This document shows, piece after piece, positions 1-10,081 of a stretch of 64,000 nt of DNA. The notes under the pieces are model-generated. The model was not told the DNA's origin and did not search any database. It saw nothing but the letters and a program-made list of their open reading frames with translations. Location: contig CBDBLV010000002.1 in the NCBI GenBank assembly GCA_965207225.1, positions 288,001 through 352,000 on the forward strand, given 5' to 3'. Origin of the DNA: Dehalococcoidia bacterium (GTDB taxonomy: Bacteria > Chloroflexota > Dehalococcoidia > Plut-88900). Made by a program: the position numbers and the translations under genes. The first letter of the stretch is position 1. The number at the start of each line of letters is the position of its first letter.

Positions 1-900
1 GGCGCCATCCTCGTAGTGTCCGCACCTGACGGGCCCATGCCGCAGACCCGGGAGCACATCCTCCTGGCCCGCCAGGTGCTGGTGCCCTACATCGTCGTCT
101 TCCTCAACAAAACCGACCAGATGGACGACCCCGAGCTTCTCGAACTCGTGGAGCTTGAGCTCAGGGAGCTTCTTTCCAACTATGACTTCCCCGGCGACGA
201 CATCCCGATCATCCGCGGCAGCGCCCTCGAGGCGCTGGAGTCCGGCTCCACCGATGCCAGTGCACCCGAGTACCAGCCCATCGTTGAGCTGATGAACGCC
301 GTTGACAGTTACATCCCCCTCCCCGAGCGCCCATCCGAGCTGCCCTTCCTCATGCCGATCGAGGACGTGTTCGGCATCAAGGGCCGCGGCACCGTCGTCA
401 CCGGCCGTGTGGAGCGCGGCACCGTTCAGACGGGCGACCAGGTGGAGATCGTCGGATTCGGCGAGACCCGCCGCACCACGGTCACCGGCGTAGAGATGTT
501 CCACAAGACCCTGGACTACGCGGAGCCCGGCGACGCCGTCGGATGTCTCCTCAGGGGTGTGGAGCGCGACGAGATCGAGCGTGGCCAGGTGCTCGCCAAG
601 CCGGGCTCCATCAACCCCCACACCGCCTCCGACGCCGAGGTCTATGTCCTCACCAAGGAGGAGGGCGGGCGTCACACCCCGTTCTTCAACGGTTACAAAC
701 CCCAGTTCTACATCCGCACCACCGACGTTACCGGCGAAATCGCCCTGCCCGAAGGCACCGAGATGGTCATGCCCGGCGACAACATCACCATGGGCATCAA
801 GCTCATCACCCCTGTCGCCATCGAGCAGGAGCTCCGGTTCGCCATTCGAGAAGGGGGCAGGACCGTCGGGGCCGGGGTCTTTACCAAGGTAAGTGAATAG
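1..900 (+). CDS. tuf: Elongation factor Tu (5'-truncated by window edge)
   Basis: Frame open from base 1 ([26 protein letters not shown]); NKxD G4 motif, [32 protein letters not shown]. Confidence 0.99.
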   Translation, partial: GAILVVSAPDGPMPQTREHILLARQVLVPYIVVFLNKTDQMDDPELLELVELELRELLSNYDFPGDDIPIIRGSALEALESGSTDASAPEYQPIVELMNAVDSYIPLPERPSELPFLMPIEDVFGIKGRGTVVTGRVERGTVQTGDQVEIVGFGETRRTTVTGVEMFHKTLDYAEPGDAVGCLLRGVERDEIERGQVLAKPGSINPHTASDAEVYVLTKEEGGRHTPFFNGYKPQFYIRTTDVTGEIALPEGTEMVMPGDNITMGIKLITPVAIEQELRFAIREGGRTVGAGVFTKVSE

Positions 901-938
901 GGGTCTTTACCAGTCCGGTAGCATCTGTGGATTGAGTT

Positions 939-1106
939 ATGGCTAAAGGAAAAGACGTAAGAGTAGTGATACACCTCGCCTGCACCGAGTGCCGGGAGAG
1001 GACATACACCAGCAGCAAGAACCGGAGGAACGACTCGGGGCGGCTGGAGTTTTCCAAGTATTGCCCCCGATGCCGGGGGCACAAGCTTCACCGCGAGACC
1101 CGCTAG
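939..1106 (+). CDS. rpmG: 50S ribosomal protein L33, Zn-ribbon type (missing from ORF track)
   Basis: Hand translation [55 protein letters not shown], 55 aa with CxxC...CxxC; canonical position between tuf and secE. Confidence 0.97.
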   Translation: MAKGKDVRVVIHLACTECRERTYTSSKNRRNDSGRLEFSKYCPRCRGHKLHRETR

Positions 1107-1142
1107 AGACCGGCCAGTCAGAGTGACCGCCAAGAACATCAC

Positions 1143-1376
1143 ATGAGACGATTTACCCTTCCAGCCAGGGCCCGAATGCCCTCTTCGGGGCCGACCCTCG
1201 GGCGCTTCCGCTTCTTCGCAGAAGCCATCGCCGAGCTACGCAAGGTCAACTGGCCTACCAAGGAAGAGACCAAGCGCCTCACCACAATGGTGGTCATCAT
1301 ATCCGTGATCATGGGAGCGTTCCTCGGCCTCGTCGATGAAGCGTTCTCTCTGTTCATGGATCTCCTCCTGTTCTAA
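1143..1376 (+). CDS. secE: Preprotein translocase subunit SecE
   Basis: ELRKVNWPTKEE motif followed by one TM helix; precedes nusG. Confidence 0.96.
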   Translation: MRRFTLPARARMPSSGPTLGRFRFFAEAIAELRKVNWPTKEETKRLTTMVVIISVIMGAFLGLVDEAFSLFMDLLLF

Positions 1377-1426
1377 CCCGCAATTCTCACCCGAAATCCT
1401 GAAGGACAGCACCAAAGCAAAGGGCA

Positions 1427-1984
1427 ATGACCTCCCAACCGAAAACTGCAAAACTGGAGCACCGCTGGTACGTCGTCCACACCTACGCGGGATACGAGGA
1501 CCGCGTCAAGAACAACCTTGAACACCGCATCGATTCCATGGATGCCAGCGCCGAAATCTTCGAGGTCCTCGTCCCCACCGAAGAGGAGCTGGACATACGA
1601 GAAGGTCAGCGCCGTACCGTGTCCAGGAAGGTCTTTCCCGGATACATCCTGGTGAACATGGCCCTCACCGACAATAGCTGGTACGTCGTGCGGAACACCC
1701 CCGGCGTAACCGGTTTCGTCACGTCGGGAGACCCCCCCCGACCCGTCCCCCTGGAAGACGACGAGGTCAAGGCCATTGTCGTACAGATGGAAGCCGAGGC
1801 CCCGCGGGTCAAGGTCGGGCTGGACAAGGGCGAGAAGATTCGCATAATTGACGGCCCCTTCTCCGACTTCATCGGCACCGTCGACGAACTCTACCCCGAC
1901 AAGGGCAAGATCCGTGTCCTGGTTTCCTTCTTCGGCAGGGACACCGGCGTCGAACTGGACTACCTTCAGGTGGAGAAACTGTAA
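1427..1984 (+). CDS. nusG: Transcription termination/antitermination factor NusG
   Basis: WYVVHTYAGYE, FPGYILV, VRNTPGVTGFV, KOW (IIDGPFSDFIGTV), FGRDT. Confidence 0.99.
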   Translation: MTSQPKTAKLEHRWYVVHTYAGYEDRVKNNLEHRIDSMDASAEIFEVLVPTEEELDIREGQRRTVSRKVFPGYILVNMALTDNSWYVVRNTPGVTGFVTSGDPPRPVPLEDDEVKAIVVQMEAEAPRVKVGLDKGEKIRIIDGPFSDFIGTVDELYPDKGKIRVLVSFFGRDTGVELDYLQVEKL

Positions 1985-2010
1985 CCCGCTCCCGAATCCG
2001 GACATAGAAA

Positions 2011-2433
2011 ATGCCAAAGAGAATCAAAGCCGTACTGAAACTCCAGATCGAAGCTGGCAAGGCAACCCCTGCGCCGCCCATAGGCCCTGCCCTCGGGCAG
2101 CACGGCGTCAACATCATGGGGTTCTGCAAGGAGTACAACGCCCGGACCTCTGCGCAGGCAGGCACCATAGTCCCGGTGGAGCTAACTGTCTACCAGGACT
2201 CGTCCTTCTCCTTCGTTACCAAGACACCGCCCGCGGCGGTTTTGATCAAGAATGCCGCGGGGGTGGATAAGGGCAGCAGCCTGCCAGGGCAGGAAGTGAT
2301 GGGCAGCGTGCCCCGGGACAAGATACGGGAGATTGCCGAGACCAAGATGAAGGACCTGAACGCCAACGACATCGAAGGCGCAATGCGTATTATCGAAGGC
2401 ACGGCACGCAACATGGGCATCGAGGTGGTCTAA
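2011..2433 (+). CDS. rplK: 50S ribosomal protein L11
   Basis: [32 protein letters not shown]; GTARNMGI. Confidence 0.99.
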   Translation: MPKRIKAVLKLQIEAGKATPAPPIGPALGQHGVNIMGFCKEYNARTSAQAGTIVPVELTVYQDSSFSFVTKTPPAAVLIKNAAGVDKGSSLPGQEVMGSVPRDKIREIAETKMKDLNANDIEGAMRIIEGTARNMGIEVV

Positions 2434-2468
2434 CCTCCAGGCCCAGGCTCTAAGAAAGAACACACGAA

Positions 2469-3185
2469 ATGGCTAAGAGAGGAAAGAAATACCAGGAAGC
2501 CGCCTCCCTGGTTGACAGGAGCAAGGCCTATTCCCCCGAGGAAGCTATCGACCTAGCCAAGCAGACTGCCAAGGCGAACTACGACGAGACTGTGGAGATC
2601 CACATGCGCATGGGTCTCGACCCCCGTCATGCCGACCAGCAGGTGCGCGGCCTCGCCATGCTCCCAAACGGCACCGGCAAGCAGGTCCGGGTCCTGGTAT
2701 TCGCCCAGGGCGAGGCTGCAACCACCGCGGAGCAGAACGGCGCAGATTACGTCGGGGCGGACGATATCATCAAGCAGATCGAGGGCGGCTGGGTGGAATT
2801 CGACACCGCAATCGCCACCCCCGACATGATGAGCAAGATCGGAAAGCTTGGCCGCATTCTCGGACGACGAGGGCTCATGCCCAACCCACGCTCCGGCACC
2901 GTTGTCCAGCAGCCCGACCTCGCCAAGGCAATATCCGACTCCCGCAAGGGCAAAATCGAGTACCGCCTGGACCGCACGGCTGTGATCCACGCGCCCCTGG
3001 GCAAAGCCAGCTTCGAAAAGGAGCACCTGTTGGAGAACTTGACTACCTTTGTAGACTCCGTGGTGCGGGCCAAGCCCTCAGGGGCCAAGGGCCAGTACAT
3101 CAAGAAGATATCAATGTCCACCACCCACGGGCCCGGAATCAACATGGACGTCCAGGCCGCAATGACCATGAGCGCCAACGACTAG
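2469..3185 (+). CDS. rplA: 50S ribosomal protein L1
   Basis: [34 protein letters not shown]. Confidence 0.99.
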   Translation: MAKRGKKYQEAASLVDRSKAYSPEEAIDLAKQTAKANYDETVEIHMRMGLDPRHADQQVRGLAMLPNGTGKQVRVLVFAQGEAATTAEQNGADYVGADDIIKQIEGGWVEFDTAIATPDMMSKIGKLGRILGRRGLMPNPRSGTVVQQPDLAKAISDSRKGKIEYRLDRTAVIHAPLGKASFEKEHLLENLTTFVDSVVRAKPSGAKGQYIKKISMSTTHGPGINMDVQAAMTMSAND

Positions 3186-3232
3186 CCACACCGGAGAGAA
3201 AAGACCCTCAGAAACCAGGACAACCAAACACT

Positions 3233-3362
3233 GCGCCGGAGACGGCGGGCGGCTCCCCGGAGCCTTAATCCATCAGCCTGCCCAGGTGGTTCCCTGAGTC
3301 CTTCCTTACTGGACTTGGCAATATCCCCTGGGCCCGCGTCCCGGGGGTTTCGCTTTTGTCCC
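3233..3362 (+). ncRNA. Ribosomal protein L10 leader with attenuator-like hairpin
   Basis: CCGGAGACGGCGGG...CCTTAA...CCTGCCCAGG resembles the L10-leader core (GAAGAC-stem-TTAA-CCTGC); followed by a CCCCTGGG/CCCGGGGG hairpin and T-rich run just upstream of rplJ. Confidence 0.85.
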
Positions 3363-3390
3363 CTCAAATTGAGTTCAAGGCGGTAAATGT

Positions 3391-3924
3391 ATGGCCACAG
3401 AGAAGAAAGAGCAGCAGGTAGAAGAGATAGCAGAACGGTTAGGCCGATGCACCATTGCCATCGCCACCGACTACCGGGGCCTCGCCATGCCCGAGATGAC
3501 GGCCCTGCGCCGGAAACTGCGGGAAGCAGGAATCGAGTATCGGGTAGTGAAGAACAGCCTGGCAAGCATCGCCGCCGAGCAGACCGGCGCCCCGTCCCTC
3601 GTCCAATTCCTTGAAGGCCCTACTGCCATAGCCTTCGGGTACGGCGAGGCCACGGACCCGGCCAAGGTGCTTACCGACCACATACGGCAGGAGCGCAGCA
3701 TCCTCACCGTTAAGGGCGGCGTGATGGGAGACAGGGCCCTCGCCACCGCCGATGTCACCGTCCTCGCTACCCTCCCGTCGAGGCAGGAGCTTATTGCTAA
3801 GACCGCAGGCGCCCTCGTCGGTCCCATTTACGCTCTCCAGTCCGTTTTAAGCGCAAACTTAAGAGGACTCGTTACTGCCCTGAGCGCCCGAGTCGACCAG
3901 ATGCAGGAAGAACCAGCAAGCTAA
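3391..3924 (+). CDS. rplJ: 50S ribosomal protein L10
   Basis: DYRGL, LRRKLRE, VVKNSL, GPTAIAF, LATLPSR. Confidence 0.99.
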   Translation: MATEKKEQQVEEIAERLGRCTIAIATDYRGLAMPEMTALRRKLREAGIEYRVVKNSLASIAAEQTGAPSLVQFLEGPTAIAFGYGEATDPAKVLTDHIRQERSILTVKGGVMGDRALATADVTVLATLPSRQELIAKTAGALVGPIYALQSVLSANLRGLVTALSARVDQMQEEPAS

Positions 3925-3945
3925 TTCGCCAGAAGGAGATATGAC

Positions 3946-4329
3946 ATGGCGACCAAAGAAGAAGTCCTAGAATCAATCAAAGCCATGACCGTCCTCGAGC
4001 TTTCCGAGCTCGTCAAGGCCATCGAGGATGAGTTCGGCGTGAGCGCCGCTGCACCCGTTGCCGTCGCCGCCGCAGGCGCCGCGCCCGCAGCCGCCGATGC
4101 CCCCGCCGAAGAGGAGAAGACCGAGTTCGACGTCGTCCTCAAAGAGATCGGCCCCAACAAGATCAACGTGATCAAGGCCGTCCGTGAGGTCACCACCCTC
4201 GGCCTTCGCGAAGCCAAGGAGCTCGTCGAAAGCGCTCCCAAGGCCGTCCGCGAAGCCGTAGGCAAGGAAGAGGCCGAGACCATCAAGAAGACCCTCGAAG
4301 GCGCCGGCGCCACCGTCGACCTGGCCTAG
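3946..4329 (+). CDS. rplL: 50S ribosomal protein L7/L12
   Basis: [43 protein letters not shown]. Confidence 0.99.
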   Translation: MATKEEVLESIKAMTVLELSELVKAIEDEFGVSAAAPVAVAAAGAAPAAADAPAEEEKTEFDVVLKEIGPNKINVIKAVREVTTLGLREAKELVESAPKAVREAVGKEEAETIKKTLEGAGATVDLA

Positions 4330-5162
4330 GGAATCAACCTGAAGTCCGACTCCGCACCGCGGAATATCTCCGCCAAGTCGCCTTCTCCCGAGGCCACGAA
4401 CAGCCGGTCATCGATCGAAACGGAGACGTCGCGGAACAGGGTTTCCAGCGAGGCAAAGCCCTCCAGTACGGGCTTTGCCTCGGTAGCCGCCTCCGGTGAT
4501 TCGTGATAGGACACCAAGTCGAAGCTCCCGATTGAACCCCCGCTCCCGGATGCCGAGAAGCCCAGCGCCTGGCATCCGGGGGCTATCATTTCGCACCGTG
4601 CGGTGAACGATAAGTATGCGTCCCCGCTCATCCCGTCCAGCACCGCCCGGGCTGCTTCCGAACGGTCGAGGGTTATGCCCTCTTCCAGCTGTCCTATTAC
4701 CGCCTCGATTGTCCTGAAGTCGTAGCCCAGGGCCATCCGCCCGGGGCCCAGCAGCGCCACATTCCCCGCATCTCCGCTCCAGACCTCCGCGTCCGCTATG
4801 TTACGCACGGCGTGGCCGCTCCGTTCAAGTCGCTCGGCCACCTCCTCAATATCAAAGCTCCCCTCCACCATTAACACCCGACGCCCGTTCACGACAAAGC
4901 TCACCGCACTCCGCACCTCCGAGCTCCCGATCCCCGCGTTCCCCAGGCTCCGGTTCAGCGCCCCCAGCACCTCACCCGCCTCCCCAATGAGCCCCGGGTC
5001 CCCGCGAATTACCTCCAGGTCCACCATCGTCGCGTCAGTGGCAATTTCCGGGACGTCACCTCCAATCGTCAACTTCTCGCCTCCCCCGGCCCCCCCACAC
5101 CCCACCGCCGCGGTCAAGCTCAGGAGCAGGGTTAACACAATAACTGCCAAACTTCTCTTCAT
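4326..5162 (-). CDS. Hypothetical lipoprotein
   Basis: MKR plus hydrophobic stretch and AVGC lipobox; no recognisable catalytic motif. Confidence 0.75.
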   Translation of the reverse strand: MKRSLAVIVLTLLLSLTAAVGCGGAGGGEKLTIGGDVPEIATDATMVDLEVIRGDPGLIGEAGEVLGALNRSLGNAGIGSSEVRSAVSFVVNGRRVLMVEGSFDIEEVAERLERSGHAVRNIADAEVWSGDAGNVALLGPGRMALGYDFRTIEAVIGQLEEGITLDRSEAARAVLDGMSGDAYLSFTARCEMIAPGCQALGFSASGSGGSIGSFDLVSYHESPEAATEAKPVLEGFASLETLFRDVSVSIDDRLFVASGEGDLAEIFRGAESDFRLIP

Positions 5163-5214
5163 GTGTACTGAATCTCTGTGTTCGATGTATCCCTTAGTGT
5201 CTTGACCGAAATCC

Positions 5215-6483
5215 CTATTCCCCGCGGCGCCCTATCCTATCAGCCTCGGTCAACTCGGAAGCCGTTCTCCTGTAAGTCCCCAGGAGCAGAGCGGTAGCCA
5301 CCAGCATCAGCGGGGCGAATGAGCTGATGAATAGTCCAAACCTCAAATCGCTGGTTGCCTCTTCCACAAACCCCACCAGGATCGGCCCCACTGCTCCTCC
5401 CCCCCACAATGCCGCGAACACCGTAGCCGATGCCACGGCAACCTCTCTCTGCGTAATCCCCGGCAGGTTGAATATCTGCGTCATTAGAATCGGGAAGAAG
5501 CTGAACATGACGCCGCCCACAATCCAGAGCAGTACCAGCAGAGGGAACGAGTCCGTAGCGATCAACCCTATGTAGGTCAGGGCCTGTCCCACCCCGCACG
5601 TTAGCAGCACCAGGGTGGTGTGTCTTCCGAAAAAGGGGAAAGCCACCACCCCGAGCTCCGCCGGCGCCATGGCAAAGGTCCCGATCCCCATGAGTATCCC
5701 CGCCGTACGGATGTCTATGCCGTACTCCTCCCCCACGAACCGGGGCCAGAAGCTGTTGAACGCCAGCCGCGCCAGCAGCATCCCGAACATGCCCAGGCAG
5801 ATGAACCACACCTCCCGGTACTTCAGGATGCTGCGAATCGGGGAGCCGTTTGCGCCCTCCTCGCCGCTTCCCGGGGCCTCGGGCCTTCCCCGGTCTTTCC
5901 CCATTGCCATCCACAGCATGGCCGCCGTCATCACTACCCCGGCCCACACGAACATCGTCTCCCGCCACCCCCCGAGCCACCCCAGCATGTAGGGTATCAG
6001 CACGGTCCCGATACCCATCAAAATGTCTACAATCGAGATCGAGAAACCGTTTGCAAGCCCATACCGCCTTCTGGGTATCCACTGGAGAATCAGGATGTTT
6101 CGGGGCGATTGACACGCCTGGAGCACGATTCCCAGCCCTATCCTCGCAAATATCAGCACCCCGAAACCCGGCGCCCCTCCCGCCAGTGCAATCAGCCCCG
6201 AGGCCACCACGAATCCCACTGCCGCCGTCCTCCAGGGCCTGAAACGGGACACCCACCAGTTCATCGGGATGGAGAAAACTACGTTGGCCAGCAACAGCGA
6301 TGACCCCAGCCACCCCTGCTCCGACGGCGATAGCTCAAGATCGTCTATGATGTCGGGGAGGAAAAGGCCCAGAGAGGTGGTAGCCACCAGGACCGTGGCC
6401 AGCCCGATGGTGAAATAGACGAGGACGCTCCATCCACCCTCCCGCGCCTCCATCTGCTCCCGTGCCGCGACCTGGGTGGTCAT
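5215..6483 (-). CDS. MFS transporter
   Basis: About 12 hydrophobic segments in 6+6 arrangement; IFARIGLG, WIPRRRYGLANG loop motifs. Confidence 0.9.
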   Translation of the reverse strand: MTTQVAAREQMEAREGGWSVLVYFTIGLATVLVATTSLGLFLPDIIDDLELSPSEQGWLGSSLLLANVVFSIPMNWWVSRFRPWRTAAVGFVVASGLIALAGGAPGFGVLIFARIGLGIVLQACQSPRNILILQWIPRRRYGLANGFSISIVDILMGIGTVLIPYMLGWLGGWRETMFVWAGVVMTAAMLWMAMGKDRGRPEAPGSGEEGANGSPIRSILKYREVWFICLGMFGMLLARLAFNSFWPRFVGEEYGIDIRTAGILMGIGTFAMAPAELGVVAFPFFGRHTTLVLLTCGVGQALTYIGLIATDSFPLLVLLWIVGGVMFSFFPILMTQIFNLPGITQREVAVASATVFAALWGGGAVGPILVGFVEEATSDLRFGLFISSFAPLMLVATALLLGTYRRTASELTEADRIGRRGE

Positions 6484-6685
6484 GCCATACCGGGGCTGCC
6501 TGAAGCCGGGCGCCCGATCTCGCCGCGTTTCTCGCCGTTGGAGTGTCGACCTTGAACGGGCCTCGACGGGCTGTTCATCACGCTAATTTAACACAGAGCC
6601 GGTCTTGAGTTCTGTCGACTCCCTTAAACACCCCTGCTAAAATTGCACGACTTATCCGAAAATCAGCGTAAAGGGGCCTGAGCCG

Positions 6686-9133
6686 ATGGAAGACCACGCA
6701 AGAGTTGTCGTTATCGGGGCCGGCATCGCCGGTTGCAGCGTCGTATATCACCTTGCCAAGCTGGGCTGGACGGACGTCGTCGTCCTCGACCAGGGCCCCC
6801 TGCCCGATACCGGCGGGTCCACGTCCCACGCCCCCGCCTTCATCTTCCAGATAAACCCATCCAAGTTCTTCTCGGAGACCGCCAGGTATTCCGTTGAGCT
6901 TTTCAACTCCCTGGAAGTGGACGGGCAGTGCCCCTTCTACAAGGTCGGGGGGTTGGAGGTGGCTTGGACTCCCGAGCGTTTGCAGGAGCTGAAGCGCAAG
7001 GTCGGGTTCGGAAAGTCCTGGGGCCTCGAAGCCGAGGTCATATCCGCCAGGGAAGCCCGGGACCTCTTCCCCATGCTCTCCGACAAGATTCTCGGCGCTA
7101 TGTACAACCCCTCCGACGGCCTGGTTAAAGGCGTCCGCGCCGACGAGGCCATGTCCAACGCCGCCAAGGCCCTGGGGGTCAAGTTCTACGGAGAGACCGA
7201 GGTTACCGACATCCTCACTCACGACGGCCGTGTCGATACCGTGGTAACCACCAAAGGCAACATCAAGGCCGAGCACGTTGTCGCTTGCGCAGGAATATGG
7301 GGCCCCAGGATCGGGCGCATGGTAGGACTGCCCATCCCTTACTACCCCATGCAGCACCCCTTGGTGAAGATCGGACCCCTGCCGGAGCTGGCCGATCACA
7401 AGCGGGAGATCTCCCGCCCCGGGGTCCGGCACCAGGACATGTCCATGTACGCCCGGGAATACTTCGAGTACATGGAGGTCGGAACCTACCAAAACGAGCC
7501 CCTCTTGGTGAACGCCGACGACATAGTCCCCTACGAAATGGCCCGTGTGACTCCCGCCGTCATGCCATTCAGCCTGGAGCTCTTCGCCGACTCCCTTCTC
7601 GCTATCGACGAGCTAATGCCGGGCCTCGCCGACAACCAGCTCTTTGAGCCCATCAACGGCATGTTCTCCTTCACGACGGACGGGATGCCCCTCCTGGGCG
7701 AGGCGCCCAACGTCAAGAACTTCTGGATTGCCCAGGCCGTCTGGGTGGCCCATGCAGGCGGCATAGGCAAGGCCCTGGCCGAGTGGATGGTCTACGGCTC
7801 CCCCGAAATCGACCCCCATGAGGCCGACATCACCCGCTTCCACCCCCACATGGCAGCCGACAACTACGTCAAGACCCGCTCCGCCCAGCAGTATCGGGAG
7901 GTCTACGACATAGTCCATCCCCTTCAGCAGATGGAAGACCCCCGACGCGTGCGTCTCAGCCCCTTCTATCCCAGGCAGGTGGAACTTGGAGCACAGTTCT
8001 TCGAGGTTGCCGGCTGGGAACGACCACAGTGGTACGCCGCCAACGAAAAGCTCCTCGAAGCCGACCCCGCGCCTCCCCGCCAGGGCTGGGAGTCCATGAA
8101 CTGGTCTCCCGTAGTCCACGCGGAGCACAAGGCGGCCCGGGAACGGGTCGTGATGATCGACCAGACCGGGTTCGCCAAGTTCGAAATCCAGGGCGCCGGG
8201 GCCCTGGAAACGCTGAATTACATTGCCAGCAACCAGATGGACCGGCCCGTGGGTCGGGTCACATACACCTCTCTCCTCAACAGCCAGGGAAAGATCAAGT
8301 GCGACCTCACCATCACGCGCCTCGGGCCGGACCGTTTCCTGGTCGTCACCGGCGGCTCCTTCGCACCCCACGATCTCGCCTGGATCAGGTCCCACCTGCC
8401 GGAGGACGGATCCGTATCCCTGACCGACATCTCCTCCCACTACTGCTGCATCGGCCTGTGGGGACCTCGGGCCCGGGAACTAGCACAATCAGTGACCGAC
8501 CATGATCTCTCCAACGAGTCCTTCCCGTACCTCACCGGTCAGCAAGTAATACTGGGGGATGTGCCCTGCCTCGCACTCCGCATCTCCTACGCCGGTGAGC
8601 TCGGATGGGAGGTCTACTGCCCGTCCGAATTCGGACTCCGGCTTTGGGACACCCTCTGGGAAGCGGGCCAGCCTTTTGGCGTAACTGCCATGGGCGCCGC
8701 CGCCTTCGACTCCCTCAGGCTGGAGAAGGGCTACCGGCTGTGGGGCGCAGACATCAGCACAGAATTCAACCCCTACGAGGCGGGCATCGGCTTTGCGGTA
8801 AGGATGAAGAAGGGGAACTTCCTCGGGAGGGATGCTCTCGTCGAATCCCGGGAGGCGGGCCTTTCTCAGAAGCTCTGCTGCATGACTCTTGATGACTCCT
8901 CCAAAGTGATAATGGGCAACGAGCCCATCCTGGTAGGCGGGAACCCCACGGGGTTTGTGACCAGCGCCAACTACGGTTACAGCATCGGGAGAGGGATAGC
9001 TTACGGTTATCTGCCTATCCAGCACGCCGAGGTCGGGACCAAAGTGCAGATCGAGTATTTCGGCGAACGCCTCGACGCCACAGTCTCCCGTGAACCCCTC
9101 TACGATCCCGAGATGGTGAAGCTGAAGAGCTAG
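6686..9133 (+). CDS. GcvT-family FAD oxidoreductase (dimethylglycine oxidase/sarcosine dehydrogenase-like)
   Basis: VVVIGAGIAG; GGSTSHAP (covalent-FAD His motif of DMG oxidase); C-terminal THF-binding GcvT domain (RISYAGELGWE, SLRLEKGY). Confidence 0.93.
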   Translation: MEDHARVVVIGAGIAGCSVVYHLAKLGWTDVVVLDQGPLPDTGGSTSHAPAFIFQINPSKFFSETARYSVELFNSLEVDGQCPFYKVGGLEVAWTPERLQELKRKVGFGKSWGLEAEVISAREARDLFPMLSDKILGAMYNPSDGLVKGVRADEAMSNAAKALGVKFYGETEVTDILTHDGRVDTVVTTKGNIKAEHVVACAGIWGPRIGRMVGLPIPYYPMQHPLVKIGPLPELADHKREISRPGVRHQDMSMYAREYFEYMEVGTYQNEPLLVNADDIVPYEMARVTPAVMPFSLELFADSLLAIDELMPGLADNQLFEPINGMFSFTTDGMPLLGEAPNVKNFWIAQAVWVAHAGGIGKALAEWMVYGSPEIDPHEADITRFHPHMAADNYVKTRSAQQYREVYDIVHPLQQMEDPRRVRLSPFYPRQVELGAQFFEVAGWERPQWYAANEKLLEADPAPPRQGWESMNWSPVVHAEHKAARERVVMIDQTGFAKFEIQGAGALETLNYIASNQMDRPVGRVTYTSLLNSQGKIKCDLTITRLGPDRFLVVTGGSFAPHDLAWIRSHLPEDGSVSLTDISSHYCCIGLWGPRARELAQSVTDHDLSNESFPYLTGQQVILGDVPCLALRISYAGELGWEVYCPSEFGLRLWDTLWEAGQPFGVTAMGAAAFDSLRLEKGYRLWGADISTEFNPYEAGIGFAVRMKKGNFLGRDALVESREAGLSQKLCCMTLDDSSKVIMGNEPILVGGNPTGFVTSANYGYSIGRGIAYGYLPIQHAEVGTKVQIEYFGERLDATVSREPLYDPEMVKLKS

Positions 9134-9271
9134 CCTGGCATAATACCGACGGGCCTCTACAACTTCACTATTCTGGATTTAATGGGAATACAGATTGACA
9201 CGTGAAGGTTAGATAGGCATGCTATGGCTACTAAAGGCGTTCCCGTTTGAGCGGGTACCAAAAGCCACAGA

Positions 9272-9991
9272 ATGCCGGAAGACCTGCAACCCCGCTATAC
9301 ACTCCGCATTGCCGAGATGCCCTCGGATGAAAGGCCTCGGGAGCGACTCCGGAATTACGGCGCCCAGAGCCTGAGCCACGCTGAACTCATCGCCATCCTG
9401 CTTCGCACGGGCACCAGCCGGGAAAGCGCCCTCGACATGGCCAGGCGCATAATGACCCAGTACGGCACCTTGCGCGGTCTTGCAGGGGCCACCTTCAGCG
9501 AGTTGACTCAACTGGACGGGGTCGGAGACGCCAAGGCAGCCCAGATAATGGCGGGCCTAGAACTCGGCCTGCGCCTGCGCAACGACCCTCGCCTTGAAAA
9601 ACGTCCTGTCAACAACCCCCAGGACGTTTTCGATCTCCTCGGCGACGAAATGAGTCTCCTCACCCAGGAGCACTTGAAGGTAATCCTACTGGATACAAAA
9701 AACCGCGTCATGGAAGTCCACGAGGTCTATAGGGGCAACGTAAACTCATCCATGATCAGGGCGTCCGAAGTATTCAGGGCTGCGGTAAAGGCCAATGCTG
9801 CTGCAATTCTACTGGCCCATAACCACCCCTCCGGAAACCCGACCCCCAGCGCGCAGGACGCCCACGTCACCGCAGACCTGGTCAAGGCCGGATCGCTCCT
9901 AGGCATAGACGTTCTGGACCACATCATCATAGGCCACCCCTCAGAAAAGGCCTTCGTCAGCCTGAAGGAGCAGGGTATCGGGTTCGGCTAG
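9272..9991 (+). CDS. radC: RadC family JAB-domain protein
   Basis: ERPRERL, ELIAILLRTG, HhH GVGDAKA, HNHPSG...D...LDHII. Confidence 0.96.
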   Translation: MPEDLQPRYTLRIAEMPSDERPRERLRNYGAQSLSHAELIAILLRTGTSRESALDMARRIMTQYGTLRGLAGATFSELTQLDGVGDAKAAQIMAGLELGLRLRNDPRLEKRPVNNPQDVFDLLGDEMSLLTQEHLKVILLDTKNRVMEVHEVYRGNVNSSMIRASEVFRAAVKANAAAILLAHNHPSGNPTPSAQDAHVTADLVKAGSLLGIDVLDHIIIGHPSEKAFVSLKEQGIGFG

Positions 9992-10008
9992 GGGGCCTGC
10001 GTCCCATC

Positions 10009-10036
10009 TTGACTTAATCCCCCTCGGTGCTATCCT
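10009..10036 (+). promoter_or_regulatory. Putative sigma70-type promoter for the amidohydrolase gene
   Basis: TTGACT-N16-TATCCT with extended TG; strong SD AGGAGG before ATG 10082. Confidence 0.55.
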
Positions 10037-10081
10037 CCCCTAAGCTTCACGGCACTGCGCTAATGCCCCAAGGAGGGTACT

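Noticed and set aside
9134-9271. LexA box or mobile-element context for radC
   Set aside because: No GAAC-N4-GTTC site is present; this is a full-length chromosomal-type RadC.
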